From IMG/VR virus record IMGVR_UViG_3300029305_001279: a stretch of 64,000 nt of DNA; one strand, 5' to 3'. The notes beneath the pieces are model-generated. The model was not told the origin of the DNA. It was given only the letters and a program-made list of their open reading frames with translations, and ran no database searches. Origin of the DNA: a virus. Of the stretch, positions 8,260 to 17,133 are shown piece by piece (the first letter of the stretch is position 1; each line of letters starts with the position of its first letter). Made by a program: the position numbers and the translations under genes.

Positions 8260-8675
8260 TCCATGATTACGGCCAGCATTTCATTTTCCCCGGATGCAAT
8301 GACGACACCACCGTGAAGAACATCATGGCCCAGGTTGAGGATCTGTCCGACCAGGCCATCTACAATGCCATCATCAAAGCGGCCCAGGAGGCAGGCGTCA
8401 CGGATCTGTACCTGATGGACAAGACCTTCGTGCTCGATGCCCTCCGGGAGAAGCTGGAGCGTGAGAATCAGAAGCCGCTGACCATCGAGGAGCTGCGGCA
8501 AATGAACGGAAAGCCGGTGTGGATCGTGTGGTCGGACAACCGCATCAAGAGCCAGTGGTGGATCCCTGGGGACTACTCATGGTATGTGATGGAGTTCGAT
8601 GACCCCATCATGGAGCGGAGATACGGGGAAAAGTGGATCGCCTACCGCCACAAGCCGAAGGAAGTGGTCGAATGA
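8256..8675 (+). CDS. hypothetical protein
   Basis: 139 aa, ATGA overlap with upstream stop; no family recognised. Confidence 0.5.
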   Translation: MIHDYGQHFIFPGCNDDTTVKNIMAQVEDLSDQAIYNAIIKAAQEAGVTDLYLMDKTFVLDALREKLERENQKPLTIEELRQMNGKPVWIVWSDNRIKSQWWIPGDYSWYVMEFDDPIMERRYGEKWIAYRHKPKEVVE

Positions 8676-9361
8676 TCGCCCCTGAAGTCAAAAGGACAGC
8701 CTACGAAATTGAATTGGATAAAGCCCAATTACGGGCATGGCTCACAGTGGATCCCGACCAACCTGATTCAGAGTATGAGCAAATGAAGAGCACCATTGCC
8801 ATGGCCATCCGCGAGGAACTGACTCAGGTACAGCAGAAATATCTCACCATGTACTATTTCGATAACATGGCAATTCAGGATATCGCCGATGAATGTGGCG
8901 TGAACAAATCCACAGTCAGCCGGACGATCCGGCGGGCAGAAGACAGGCTGGCGAAGGTGCTGCGCTATGCCTTCAAGCGACTGCGGGCACCGTTTTTACC
9001 GAAACGCAACAGAAAAAGGAGAAAGCAAGGAGATAAAACCATGAGAAAACTATTTTGCTACGGCAAGCAGGATTACTGCGACAAGGCACTCTGCAATGGG
9101 TGTGAGGTTTACGATGGATCCGGAGCCGAGTACCAGAAGATCGAAACCCGCGCCGACCGGATCCGCTCCATGAGTGACGAGGAGCTGGCGGATTTCATGA
9201 ATAAAGAGCATGACTTCTGCAAGAGCCTTCCCAAGTGCCTTGCGCAGCTGAAAACCGATGATCCGATCCCTGACCATTGGTGCGCGGCCTGCATCCTGGA
9301 ATGGCTCCGGCAGCCCGTGGAAGGCACCAAGATCACCATCACCGGTGAGAAAAATGAATAA
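8672..9361 (+). CDS. sigma-70 region-4-like DNA-binding protein fused to (or followed in frame by) a Cys-rich module
   Basis: ATG 8672 overlaps upstream stop (ATGA); LTQVQQKYLTMYYFDNMAIQDIADECGVNKSTVSRTIRRAEDRLAKVL is a region-4 HTH; a strong internal SD+ATG at 9041 could start a separate Cys-rich protein in the same frame. Confidence 0.55.
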   Translation: MIAPEVKRTAYEIELDKAQLRAWLTVDPDQPDSEYEQMKSTIAMAIREELTQVQQKYLTMYYFDNMAIQDIADECGVNKSTVSRTIRRAEDRLAKVLRYAFKRLRAPFLPKRNRKRRKQGDKTMRKLFCYGKQDYCDKALCNGCEVYDGSGAEYQKIETRADRIRSMSDEELADFMNKEHDFCKSLPKCLAQLKTDDPIPDHWCAACILEWLRQPVEGTKITITGEKNE

Positions 9362-9596
9362 CAAGGAGACAAGCAAAATTCGCCTGCTTGCCGTAGAACG
9401 GATTATCCAGAGAGGCGAGCGTGTTACGATCAGTCAAATTCTGCGTGAGCTGGATCTGAAGTACGACATCCAAGCCGACAGAAAATCGATTGCTGCGGAC
9501 ATACGCGCTATTGATCGATTCATGCCAATAGAATCCATTAGAGGAAGGCATGGAGGTTACCAGGTCGTTGATGTCCTGGGTATGAGTAAAAATTGA
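9354..9596 (+). CDS. small HTH (winged-helix-like) protein
   Basis: 80 aa from ATG 9354; RVTISQILRELDLKYDIQADRKSIAADIRAI resembles HTH_11/DeoR-type N-domains. Confidence 0.45.
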   Translation: MNNKETSKIRLLAVERIIQRGERVTISQILRELDLKYDIQADRKSIAADIRAIDRFMPIESIRGRHGGYQVVDVLGMSKN

Positions 9597-9610
9597 GGAC
9601 TGGTGAAATT

Positions 9611-9736
9611 ATGTTTGAATTCATGACGATGGAGGAAGTGTTCATCGTTACCTTTTTGATCGCAGTCATCACGGGCATTGCCCTGGGATTCGTGACCTAC
9701 CGTATTTTTGAGAAAGATAGCAAAGAGGAGGAATAA
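9611..9736 (+). CDS. putative 41-aa single-pass membrane peptide
   Basis: ATG 9611 after GGTGA; MFEFMTMEEVFIVTFLIAVITGIALGFVTYRIFEKDSKEEE; fills an otherwise empty gap. Confidence 0.3.
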   Translation: MFEFMTMEEVFIVTFLIAVITGIALGFVTYRIFEKDSKEEE

Positions 9737-9738
9737 CC

Positions 9739-9951
9739 ATGATGTCTCATAAAACCTTCCCGGAGGATCTGGAGAAGGACGAAACCGGCGTGCATTTCTC
9801 AGGCCCTTCCTGTAAGTTCACAGAGGGCGTCAGATGCTCCAAAACAGGCAGGCACTGTGAAAGATGCGGACATAACCCGGAAGTGTCCAAGGCGCGGCTC
9901 AGGGCGTTCTGTGAGGCCCATGAGATTACCATGCCTGATACCCACCGGTAA
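9739..9951 (+). CDS. hypothetical Cys-rich small protein
   Basis: 70 aa behind aGAGGAGGaataaccATG; C..C..C..C pattern (CKF..CSKTGRHCERCGH). Confidence 0.4.
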   Translation: MMSHKTFPEDLEKDETGVHFSGPSCKFTEGVRCSKTGRHCERCGHNPEVSKARLRAFCEAHEITMPDTHR

Positions 9952-10063
9952 AGATAATTGTTTTATCAAAATTTCCGTCAAAACATTCAGAAAAGGCACT
10001 TCAAAAATCAAATTCTTATGATATAATCCCAATAGAATCATTACGTTTGTTGGGGGATCCGCC

Positions 10064-10408
10064 ATGAGCAAACTGGACGACGATATCCGAGCCGCAGATG
10101 CACTGGGCATCTCATATGGCTACTACATAGCCAGGTCCTATAATCCGTATGCTGCCATGGCGACCCCCACACCCAAAGTAAAAAGGCGCCGTACACGCAG
10201 ATACACCGACGAGCAGCTTTTCCGCCTCTGGCAGGAAGGGTATACCGATGAACAGATCGGTCAGGCCGTCGGTGTATCGCGTCAGTTTATCCAGCGATGG
10301 AGAGACCAGCTGGAGCTTCCATCCACCTCGAAATTCCTCGTAAATACAAAAAAATACCGCCTCACCACAATGCGAGACGGTACCTATATCGTTATAATCT
10401 CTGACTAA
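10064..10408 (+). CDS. HTH DNA-binding protein
   Basis: 114 aa; YTDEQIGQAVGVSRQFIQRWRDQL is a typical HTH; preceded by an AT-rich promoter-like region with TATAAT at 10022. Confidence 0.5.
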   Translation: MSKLDDDIRAADALGISYGYYIARSYNPYAAMATPTPKVKRRRTRRYTDEQLFRLWQEGYTDEQIGQAVGVSRQFIQRWRDQLELPSTSKFLVNTKKYRLTTMRDGTYIVIISD

Positions 10409-10651
10409 TCTCTAATAATCTCAAACTTGTAAATTTTCCTGATAAGTTGATAGAAAATTTGATAGTTTTGTGATATGATTACATACAAGAAAAAACCCAC
10501 CCCTTTGCTTGCCGGCTAGGGTGAGTTTTAGGTGAGATATGACAAAATCGGAATCCCGGTGAGAGATGCCTCTTTTGGCAAATCAGCAATATTTAGATAC
10601 TCCGATTATATCATATTCTGCGCCAAAATCAAGAGAAAATGGTGAGAAAAT

Positions 10652-11953
10652 ATGAAAAATTCGGGCAATCTCGCAGTACGAATTGATGCTGCTGAACAAC
10701 AGCTTTTATTTCATCACAACCCACAGAATACCAGCGGGTGGATCACACTCGCAAAGAAAGACCCCGATACAAAAAGATTCCGTCAATACCATTACCAACC
10801 GGAGGAGCTGGCAAGCGCTCTGTCTGATTGGATGGGAGAAGACGTTTATTATTCCCAAAATTCATTCTATAAGCCCCAGCGCCGTATTGATAACATCCGG
10901 CAGCTGAGGACCCTATATGTTGATCTCGATGTCTACACTATGGGCATGACCCCTGAATGGGTATTAGGCAAGCTGGAGTTTGAAGTCTTCGGACAGGCAC
11001 TCCCTGAGCCGAATATGGTCATCTTTAGCGGTCGCGGCCTCGTGCTGATCTGGCACATTGAACCGCTTCCCTATCAGGCTATGCCCCTTTGGAGAGCCGT
11101 TGAAACCTATTTCGTGAATCAGCTGAAAGAGGTTGGAGCGGATACCAAAGCCACGGATCCGGCGCGTATCTTCCGTCTGGCAGGCTCCATCAACAGCAAG
11201 AACAAAGCTGAGGTGAAAACGGAGTACCGGCACGACCACCGATATGACATCCACCAGCTCCAGTATGATTACCTTCCTGAGCTGTCACCAAAGAAACTGG
11301 CAGTCAAGAAGAAGGGCCGTCATACCAAGATCGTCCGGATGTTCAACACCTATACGCTCCACCTATCACGTGCAAGAGATCTTGCAAAACTGGTAGAATT
11401 GAGACAAGGTGATGTGGAAGGATTCCGTGAGACCATTCTGTTCCTTTACCGCTACTGGACATGCTGCTTTACCGATGATCCCGACAGAGCCCTGGAAGAC
11501 ACCCTGAGCCTTAACAGTGAATTCCTTCGCCCCCTGCCGGAAAAAGAAGTGGCCAGAGCAACCAAGAGTGCCCAGAAAGCCTGGGAAGCCAAGTCTGATG
11601 TCAAAGCCAATGAAATAGCCAAGACTCTGGGTTATCCCGGAGCCGGTTATAACGTAAGCAACAGCAAGCTCATTGAATGGCTGGATATTTCTCCACAAGA
11701 ACAGGAGCAGTTATCCTCCATCATCGGTGCTGTTGAAAAACGGAGAAGGAACCGCATCCAGAAAAAGAAGTGGAGAAGATCCCAAGGTATGCGCCCTATG
11801 GAGGAGTACAACCAGGAACGGAAACAGCAACTGTTCTCCAAATCCGAACAGTTGAAACAGCTCATTGAGGAGAATCCCTCCTGGACCAATAAACAGCTGG
11901 CAGATGCTATGAATACCACTGTCCGGTCTGTGCAGAGATGGAAGAAACATTGA
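10652..11953 (+). CDS. primase-polymerase-like replication initiator
   Basis: 433 aa; YVDLDVY (DxD), SGRGLVLIWHI (sGxGxH-like) and IFRLAGSINSKN (R-h-x-G-S-x-N-x-K) match prim-pol/Rep catalytic motifs; C-terminal HTH-like tail. Confidence 0.6.
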   Translation: MKNSGNLAVRIDAAEQQLLFHHNPQNTSGWITLAKKDPDTKRFRQYHYQPEELASALSDWMGEDVYYSQNSFYKPQRRIDNIRQLRTLYVDLDVYTMGMTPEWVLGKLEFEVFGQALPEPNMVIFSGRGLVLIWHIEPLPYQAMPLWRAVETYFVNQLKEVGADTKATDPARIFRLAGSINSKNKAEVKTEYRHDHRYDIHQLQYDYLPELSPKKLAVKKKGRHTKIVRMFNTYTLHLSRARDLAKLVELRQGDVEGFRETILFLYRYWTCCFTDDPDRALEDTLSLNSEFLRPLPEKEVARATKSAQKAWEAKSDVKANEIAKTLGYPGAGYNVSNSKLIEWLDISPQEQEQLSSIIGAVEKRRRNRIQKKKWRRSQGMRPMEEYNQERKQQLFSKSEQLKQLIEENPSWTNKQLADAMNTTVRSVQRWKKH

Positions 11954-11968
11954 GCAAGCAGGTTACAC

Positions 11969-12125
11969 CCTTCATCTAAGCGGACACATCATGTCACCCC
12001 CCAGAAATCCAAGTATAGCACTGTTTTTCAGGGAACCGGTGGAGGGTTTGTATGTATGGTTACAGACATACCTGAGCATACAGAGGTAAACCTCCTTCAT
12101 CTAAGCGGACACATCATGTCACCCC
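11969..12125 (+). repeat. two perfect 32-nt direct repeats within a degenerate ~125-nt tandem unit
   Basis: ccttcatctaagcggacacatcatgtcacccc at 11969-12000 and 12094-12125; flanks also similar (gacatacctgagcatacagag / gacataccctgagccaccagag). Confidence 0.9.
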
Positions 12126-12186
12126 TATTTGTAAAGGGACATACCCTGAGCCACCAGAGAGAAACGGAACATTGGAGTGAGAGACC

Positions 12187-12774
12187 ATGGCACGAAAACG
12201 GCCAGAGAGAGATCAAGTTGAAAAGCTGTTATTAGAGAACCGCCGGCGCGATGCAAATGATATAGCGGAGGAAGTTGGGCTCGTAGAAACCATGGGCTAT
12301 GATAAGGCCGTGGACTATGTGCGCAGCGTAAAAAAATCCATGAGAAAAGCAGGGACATTCCCTGACGAACCATATAGATTCGCTTCTGAAGAGGAGCGGC
12401 TGGAGGATATCACCAAGCTGTTCGAGCTGAGAAAGGGAAAGACCATCAATGAACAGGTGGCCTACCTCATGCTCCTGCTGAACTGCTTCTATCGGCTCAG
12501 ATCCCAGGATGACGACATCCACTGGAGAGCCATGGATGATACCTACGAAAAGAACCTGGAGCTGGAGGAGCCGCTGCCATGGGACACTGCCATCCATATC
12601 TGTGAAGTTGCACAGGCCAGATATATGCAGTCCATCAATGAGCAGGAGATCGCGCGGGCTAAGAGAAAAGGCCTTCCGTTTGCAGGCTTCTGTTATGCCA
12701 GTGATACGCTGATCCGAGAGCTGGCCATCACCGATGAAGAACTCCAGCACATGAAAAGCATCAGGAAAGGATGA
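12187..12774 (+). CDS. hypothetical protein
   Basis: 195 aa behind ggagtgagagaccATG; no family recognised. Confidence 0.5.
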   Translation: MARKRPERDQVEKLLLENRRRDANDIAEEVGLVETMGYDKAVDYVRSVKKSMRKAGTFPDEPYRFASEEERLEDITKLFELRKGKTINEQVAYLMLLLNCFYRLRSQDDDIHWRAMDDTYEKNLELEEPLPWDTAIHICEVAQARYMQSINEQEIARAKRKGLPFAGFCYASDTLIRELAITDEELQHMKSIRKG

Positions 12775-13313
12775 CACCTTTGGAAAGAATGACAGCCGAA
12801 GCCTTCCGCGCGAGTTACCAGGGAAAACGGAACCGCGCACTGGGGCTGCAGTTTGAAGAGATCATCACCGAGGCCTGCGAGCACTACCGCGCCATGGGCC
12901 TCGCCTACATAGAAAAAACCCCCGAACCGATGCGAGTCATCGGAGTTATCAACCGCAAGCTGGGCCACTTCAAGGCTCATTACGAGAAAGCGGCACAGCC
13001 GGACTTCAAGGGCACCATGGCGGGCGGCCGCGCCGTTTGCTTTGAAGCCAAGCACACCGAGACAGACCGCATCAAACAGGATGCCGTCACCGAAGACCAG
13101 AAGAATGCCATGGACCTCCACGAAGCCATGGGAGCCTGGTGCTTCGTTATCGTGTGCCTGAATAACACCTACTACCGTGTCCCCTGGGAGCGGTGGAAGA
13201 CCATGAAAGAGGACTGCGGACACAAGTACATGAATGCCGCTGATCTTCACCCCTATAAGCTGGGCACCTGGCCCGGACACCTTCGATTCCTCGAAACCAC
13301 CGAGAAAACATAA
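12771..13313 (+). CDS. recU: RecU-like Holliday junction resolvase
   Basis: 180 aa; GLQFEEII...Y...GLAYIEKTPEP...DFKGT..GGRAVCFEAKHTE...Q...M......CFVIV aligns with the RecU core (FEAK catalytic block). Confidence 0.65.
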   Translation: MTPLERMTAEAFRASYQGKRNRALGLQFEEIITEACEHYRAMGLAYIEKTPEPMRVIGVINRKLGHFKAHYEKAAQPDFKGTMAGGRAVCFEAKHTETDRIKQDAVTEDQKNAMDLHEAMGAWCFVIVCLNNTYYRVPWERWKTMKEDCGHKYMNAADLHPYKLGTWPGHLRFLETTEKT

Positions 13314-13374
13314 CCCACCGCAACCAATAAATCCGTAAACACCGTATATAATCGAGAAAGGAGGCGCTTGCACC

Positions 13375-13905
13375 ATGGAAGAGCAAGACATCTATATCCT
13401 GGAGCCGGAACCCTGGGAAAGGCAGCTGAATGAGTCTCCCCAGGCCTTTGAAGCGTTCGCCGCATACCGTGACATGGGAGCCGCGAGAAGTACAGCGAAA
13501 GTGTCCCGCCAACTGTGTAAAAGTGTATCGCTGATGAACAGATGGTCTTCTGAGCACGACTGGGTGAAGCGTGTCGCTGCCTGGGATGCTGAAAAGGACC
13601 GTGTGGCCCGTCAGTCGCAGCTGAATGACATCAAAGCCATGCGTGAACGTCATGCTGCCATCGCAAAAAAAATGATGGACACAGCGGACAGCGCCCTCAA
13701 CAACATCAATCCGAACGATGTCTCTACGAACGAGATCGCCCGCCTGGTCGAAATCGCAAGTAAGCTGGAGCGCATTTCCCGTGGCGACGTGGGCGATGTC
13801 ATCGAGGAGCGCGATGGTGGCGAAGCGGTATCCCCTGTTCAGATCTACGTGCCGGATAACGGCCGGGGCAAGGACAAGGACACATTCAATGACCTGACGG
13901 TATAA
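13375..13905 (+). CDS. putative terminase small subunit / HTH packaging protein
   Basis: 176 aa; ESPQAFEAFAAYRDMGAARSTAKVSRQL..SVSLMNRWSSEHDWVKRVAAWD resembles the HTH N-domain of many terS-like proteins; call is mostly positional. Confidence 0.4.
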   Translation: MEEQDIYILEPEPWERQLNESPQAFEAFAAYRDMGAARSTAKVSRQLCKSVSLMNRWSSEHDWVKRVAAWDAEKDRVARQSQLNDIKAMRERHAAIAKKMMDTADSALNNINPNDVSTNEIARLVEIASKLERISRGDVGDVIEERDGGEAVSPVQIYVPDNGRGKDKDTFNDLTV

Positions 13906-13986
13906 CAACTGAATATCCTGGCTATTCTGCGATAACTCCAGAGAAGCCACAGCAAAAGAACAGATATAACCAGGAGGAACCACAGC

Positions 13987-15889
13987 ATGAAATTAGGAAG
14001 CCTTTTTGATGGGTCGGGAGGATTCCCGCTCGCAGGAGAGCTTTGCGGCATAGAGCCGCGCTGGGCGGCTGAGATAGAGCCGTACCCAATCGCCGTTACA
14101 AGGGGGCGTTTCCCCTAACTTGGTACACCTTGGAAGTGTGACCGAGATCAACGGCGCAGAAATAGAAGCAGTAGATGTAATCACCTTTGGATCGCCGTGC
14201 CAGGATCTTTCCGTGGCTGGAAAGCGGGCAGGGCTGAAGCACTCAGCCAACGGCGACGATGAAACCACACGCAGCGGCCTATTCATGGAAGCCGTGCGAA
14301 TCATCAAGGAAATGAGGAAAGCCACAAATGGAAAATATCCGAAGTATGCAATATGGGAAAATGTCATGGGCGCCTTCAGCTCAAATGCCGGCGACGACTT
14401 CCGTGTCGTCCTCGAAGAACTCGTCAAAATCTGCGAACCGGAAGCACCCCCGATACCTTCGCCTGGTAAAGCGGGATGGCCATACGCCGACTGCATCATG
14501 GGAAACGGATTCAGCCTTGCTTACCGTGTTTTCGATGCGCAATACTGGCCCGGCACCCCTCAACGCAGAAAACGTATCTACCTTGTCCTCGATCTTACAG
14601 GCGAATGTGCCGAAAAAATACTATTTGAGCGCGAAGGCTTGCGAGGGCATTCTGAGAAGAGCCGAGCGCCGTGGGAAGGAGCTGCCGGAGATCCTCAAGG
14701 CCGCTCTGGAACAGACGATCCAGAGAGCAGCATAATAGCCATCGATCAACAAGGCGGCAAAGGCAACGCAAATTATGCCGTCGATGTGATGCCTACACTT
14801 TGCAGCGATAGCCATGGCACCCCTCATGCGGTAGCATACGGTGTAACGAGCAAAGGTAATGGAGATAGCTTCATCTCAGAGGAACGGCATACCGCTTTAT
14901 CTACAGGCGGAGGCCAACCGGGGCAGGGATATCCATGTGTGATGCAGCCCATAGCCTTCACCCAGAACCAGAGGGACGAACTGAGAGATCTGGGAGACAA
15001 AGCCGGAACCATACAAGCGGCGCCAGGAACGCATCAGCAGACCTTCATCATCGATAACATCGGAGGTCAAGCGGAATATGGAGTAGAAAGCACCGTAAAC
15101 GGCACCCTTCGAGCTGGTGGGCTGGGCGCTATTTGCTACGATGCCAGAGGAAATGGTGATGGTAAAACCGTCAATACGATCACCGGTGACCACAACAACC
15201 GCATAACAGATTATAGCTCTGTGGTGGTGTATAACGGTGAGAACATCACAAATCCAACGAACAAAGCAAACCCACAACCCGGTGACCCATGCCACACACT
15301 TGGAACCGATAGCAGGAATCACCTCGTATACTGCCTCCAAGGAAACGTCATTGACAGAGCCAATTCTGCCAGATGCAATGGCGAAGGATGGAAAGAGGAT
15401 GTGTGCTACACCCTGAATACCATCGACCGACCGGCTGTATCATACTCAACCGATGTCGGATTCTTTAATACCTGCGAGGATGTGTCCCCGACCATGCTTG
15501 CAAGGATGTACAAAGACCCTCACCTCGTATGCTACGAGGAAGAACCGCAATACATAGTCCGTCGCCTCACCCCTACCGAGTGCGCCAGACTGCAAGGCTT
15601 CCCAGACCGATGGGGAGACATACCACACAAAGAAAACCTCACGGACGAAGAGTACAGCTTCTGGCTGAACGTCCGAAACACCCACGCAGCCATCAACGGC
15701 AGAACTACGAAAGAATACACCAAGGATCAAATCCTCAAATGGTACAATAAACTTCACTCAGACAGTTCCGAATACAAAATGTGGGGCAATGGGATCGCCT
15801 TACCAAATGCCTTGTATGTCATGCAGGGCATAGCGGAGGCAATTAACCATGGTCGAGATCGATACGGAGAAGTGAAACAGAAAGGATAG
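13987..15889 (+). CDS. DNA (cytosine-5) methyltransferase requiring a +1 frameshift at 14113-14118
   Basis: Frame a 13987-14118 gives motif I LFDGSGGF and ends CCC TAA; the +1 frame gives NLVHLGSVTEING..FGSPCQDLS (IV), IWENV (VI), QRRKRIYLV (VIII), a long TRD, RRLTPTECARLQGFPDRW (IX), GNGIALPNA (X). Confidence 0.75.
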
Positions 15890-15898
15890 CAGGACAGC

Positions 15899-16969
15899 AT
15901 GATTAAATTGCTTATTGGCGGTTCCCCATGCACATTCTGGAGCATCGCCCAGAAGAATGGACGGGAAACCGAAGCAGAGGGCATGGGTTGGGAGCTGTTT
16001 AAGAACTACCTCATTGCCAAGGAAAAATTCCAGCCGGACTTTTTCCTTTACGAAAACAACAAATCGGCAGCACAAGCCATCAAGGATCAGATATCACATG
16101 AGCTGGGTGTGGATCTCATGCACATCAATAGTGCGCTGGTATCCGCGCAGAACCGTCAGCGATTCTACGCATTCAACTGGACGGTGGATCAGCCGGAGGA
16201 CCGCGGCATTTCGCTGAACGAAATTCTGGAAGATACACCCGATGAAATAGGCTGCAAAGTTTCCGGAGTCGGATATAGAAACCGCAGAGAGAGCGACGGA
16301 AAGCTGTATAGGCGTTTTGAAACAGACGGCAATCCCAAATCCAACGCTCTGACAACGGTGGACACCGATAGTATGGTTTGCATACCCGCTCACAGCGTCG
16401 CACTCCGCGGACGGGACCACAGATCTGCTTACGAAGTGAGCACCGGCGAAAAAGCGAATGCTCTCACGGGAAGTACCCAGCAACGGCGCATTATAAGACC
16501 TGCTGGAAAATTGCAAGACGGTATCACTTACGAGGTACATAATGGCCTTATTGAAATAAAAGGGAAAGAGTACCCCATCAATTTACCGGACGGCAGCTAT
16601 GTGATGCGGCATCTGACCCCGATAGAGTGCGAACGCCTACAGACGCTCCCTGATGGCTACACCGCCTGTGTGAGCAAAACCCAGCGACGGAAGGCTTTGG
16701 GCAACGGTTGGACGGCGGAGGTGATTATTCACATCCTGAACGGCGCTCTGGCAAACGTTCCTCGGGACGAGGAGATTGTGGTGCTGTCCATGTATGACGG
16801 TATCGCTACCGGTCGGTATTGCTTGGACAAGATGGGCTTCACCAACGTGCGCTATTACGCCTACGAGATCGATAAGTACGCAATGCAAGTCGCATTATCG
16901 AATTACCCGGACATCATCCATTGCGGTGATGCGTTCGATCTGAGAAACCCGGATTGGACAATTAACTAA
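15899..16969 (+). CDS. circularly permuted C5 DNA methyltransferase (motifs IV-X then I-III)
   Basis: 356 aa; N-terminus LLIGGSPCTFWS (IV), FLYENN (VI), SAQNRQRFY (VIII), RHLTPIECERLQTLPDGY (IX), LGNGWTAEV (X), then VLSMYDGIATGRYCL (I), YAYEID (II), HCGDAFDL (III) at the C-terminus. Confidence 0.7.
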   Translation: MIKLLIGGSPCTFWSIAQKNGRETEAEGMGWELFKNYLIAKEKFQPDFFLYENNKSAAQAIKDQISHELGVDLMHINSALVSAQNRQRFYAFNWTVDQPEDRGISLNEILEDTPDEIGCKVSGVGYRNRRESDGKLYRRFETDGNPKSNALTTVDTDSMVCIPAHSVALRGRDHRSAYEVSTGEKANALTGSTQQRRIIRPAGKLQDGITYEVHNGLIEIKGKEYPINLPDGSYVMRHLTPIECERLQTLPDGYTACVSKTQRRKALGNGWTAEVIIHILNGALANVPRDEEIVVLSMYDGIATGRYCLDKMGFTNVRYYAYEIDKYAMQVALSNYPDIIHCGDAFDLRNPDWTIN

Positions 16970-17059
16970 CAATCAGCAAACAGTCAACCAACCATTTTCG
17001 TGACCCCACGAAAATGATATCAAGATATCAAACCGCGCCCGGCGGGATCCGGGCACCAT

Positions 17060-17133
17060 GGATCAGCGGGGTGTGGCACCCATCTGCACAAAAGCTGCAG
17101 AAAGAGTCGGTTCGATTCCGGTCTGTTCCACCA
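17060..17133 (+). tRNA. aberrant tRNA-like gene (anticodon loop CAAAAGC, no U33)
   Basis: 74 nt cloverleaf: acceptor ggatcag/ctgttcc (one T-T mismatch), short D arm gggt-gtggc-accc, 6-bp anticodon stem tctgca/tgcaga, T arm gtcgg-TTCGATT-ccggt, encoded CCA; formal anticodon AAA with A33. Confidence 0.5.

Noticed and set aside
14110-14119. Simple homopolymer (CCCC) sequencing error as the explanation for the three frame breaks
   Set aside because: I cannot exclude this without reads. However, all three breaks share the same 10-mer TTCCCCT[GA]AC. The 0-frame stop falls immediately after CCC each time. An SD-like purine block lies 5-9 nt upstream. No other in-frame CCC-stop junction of this kind was seen. 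Random indels would not give this pattern. It is kept as a finding, with read verification as the decisive test.
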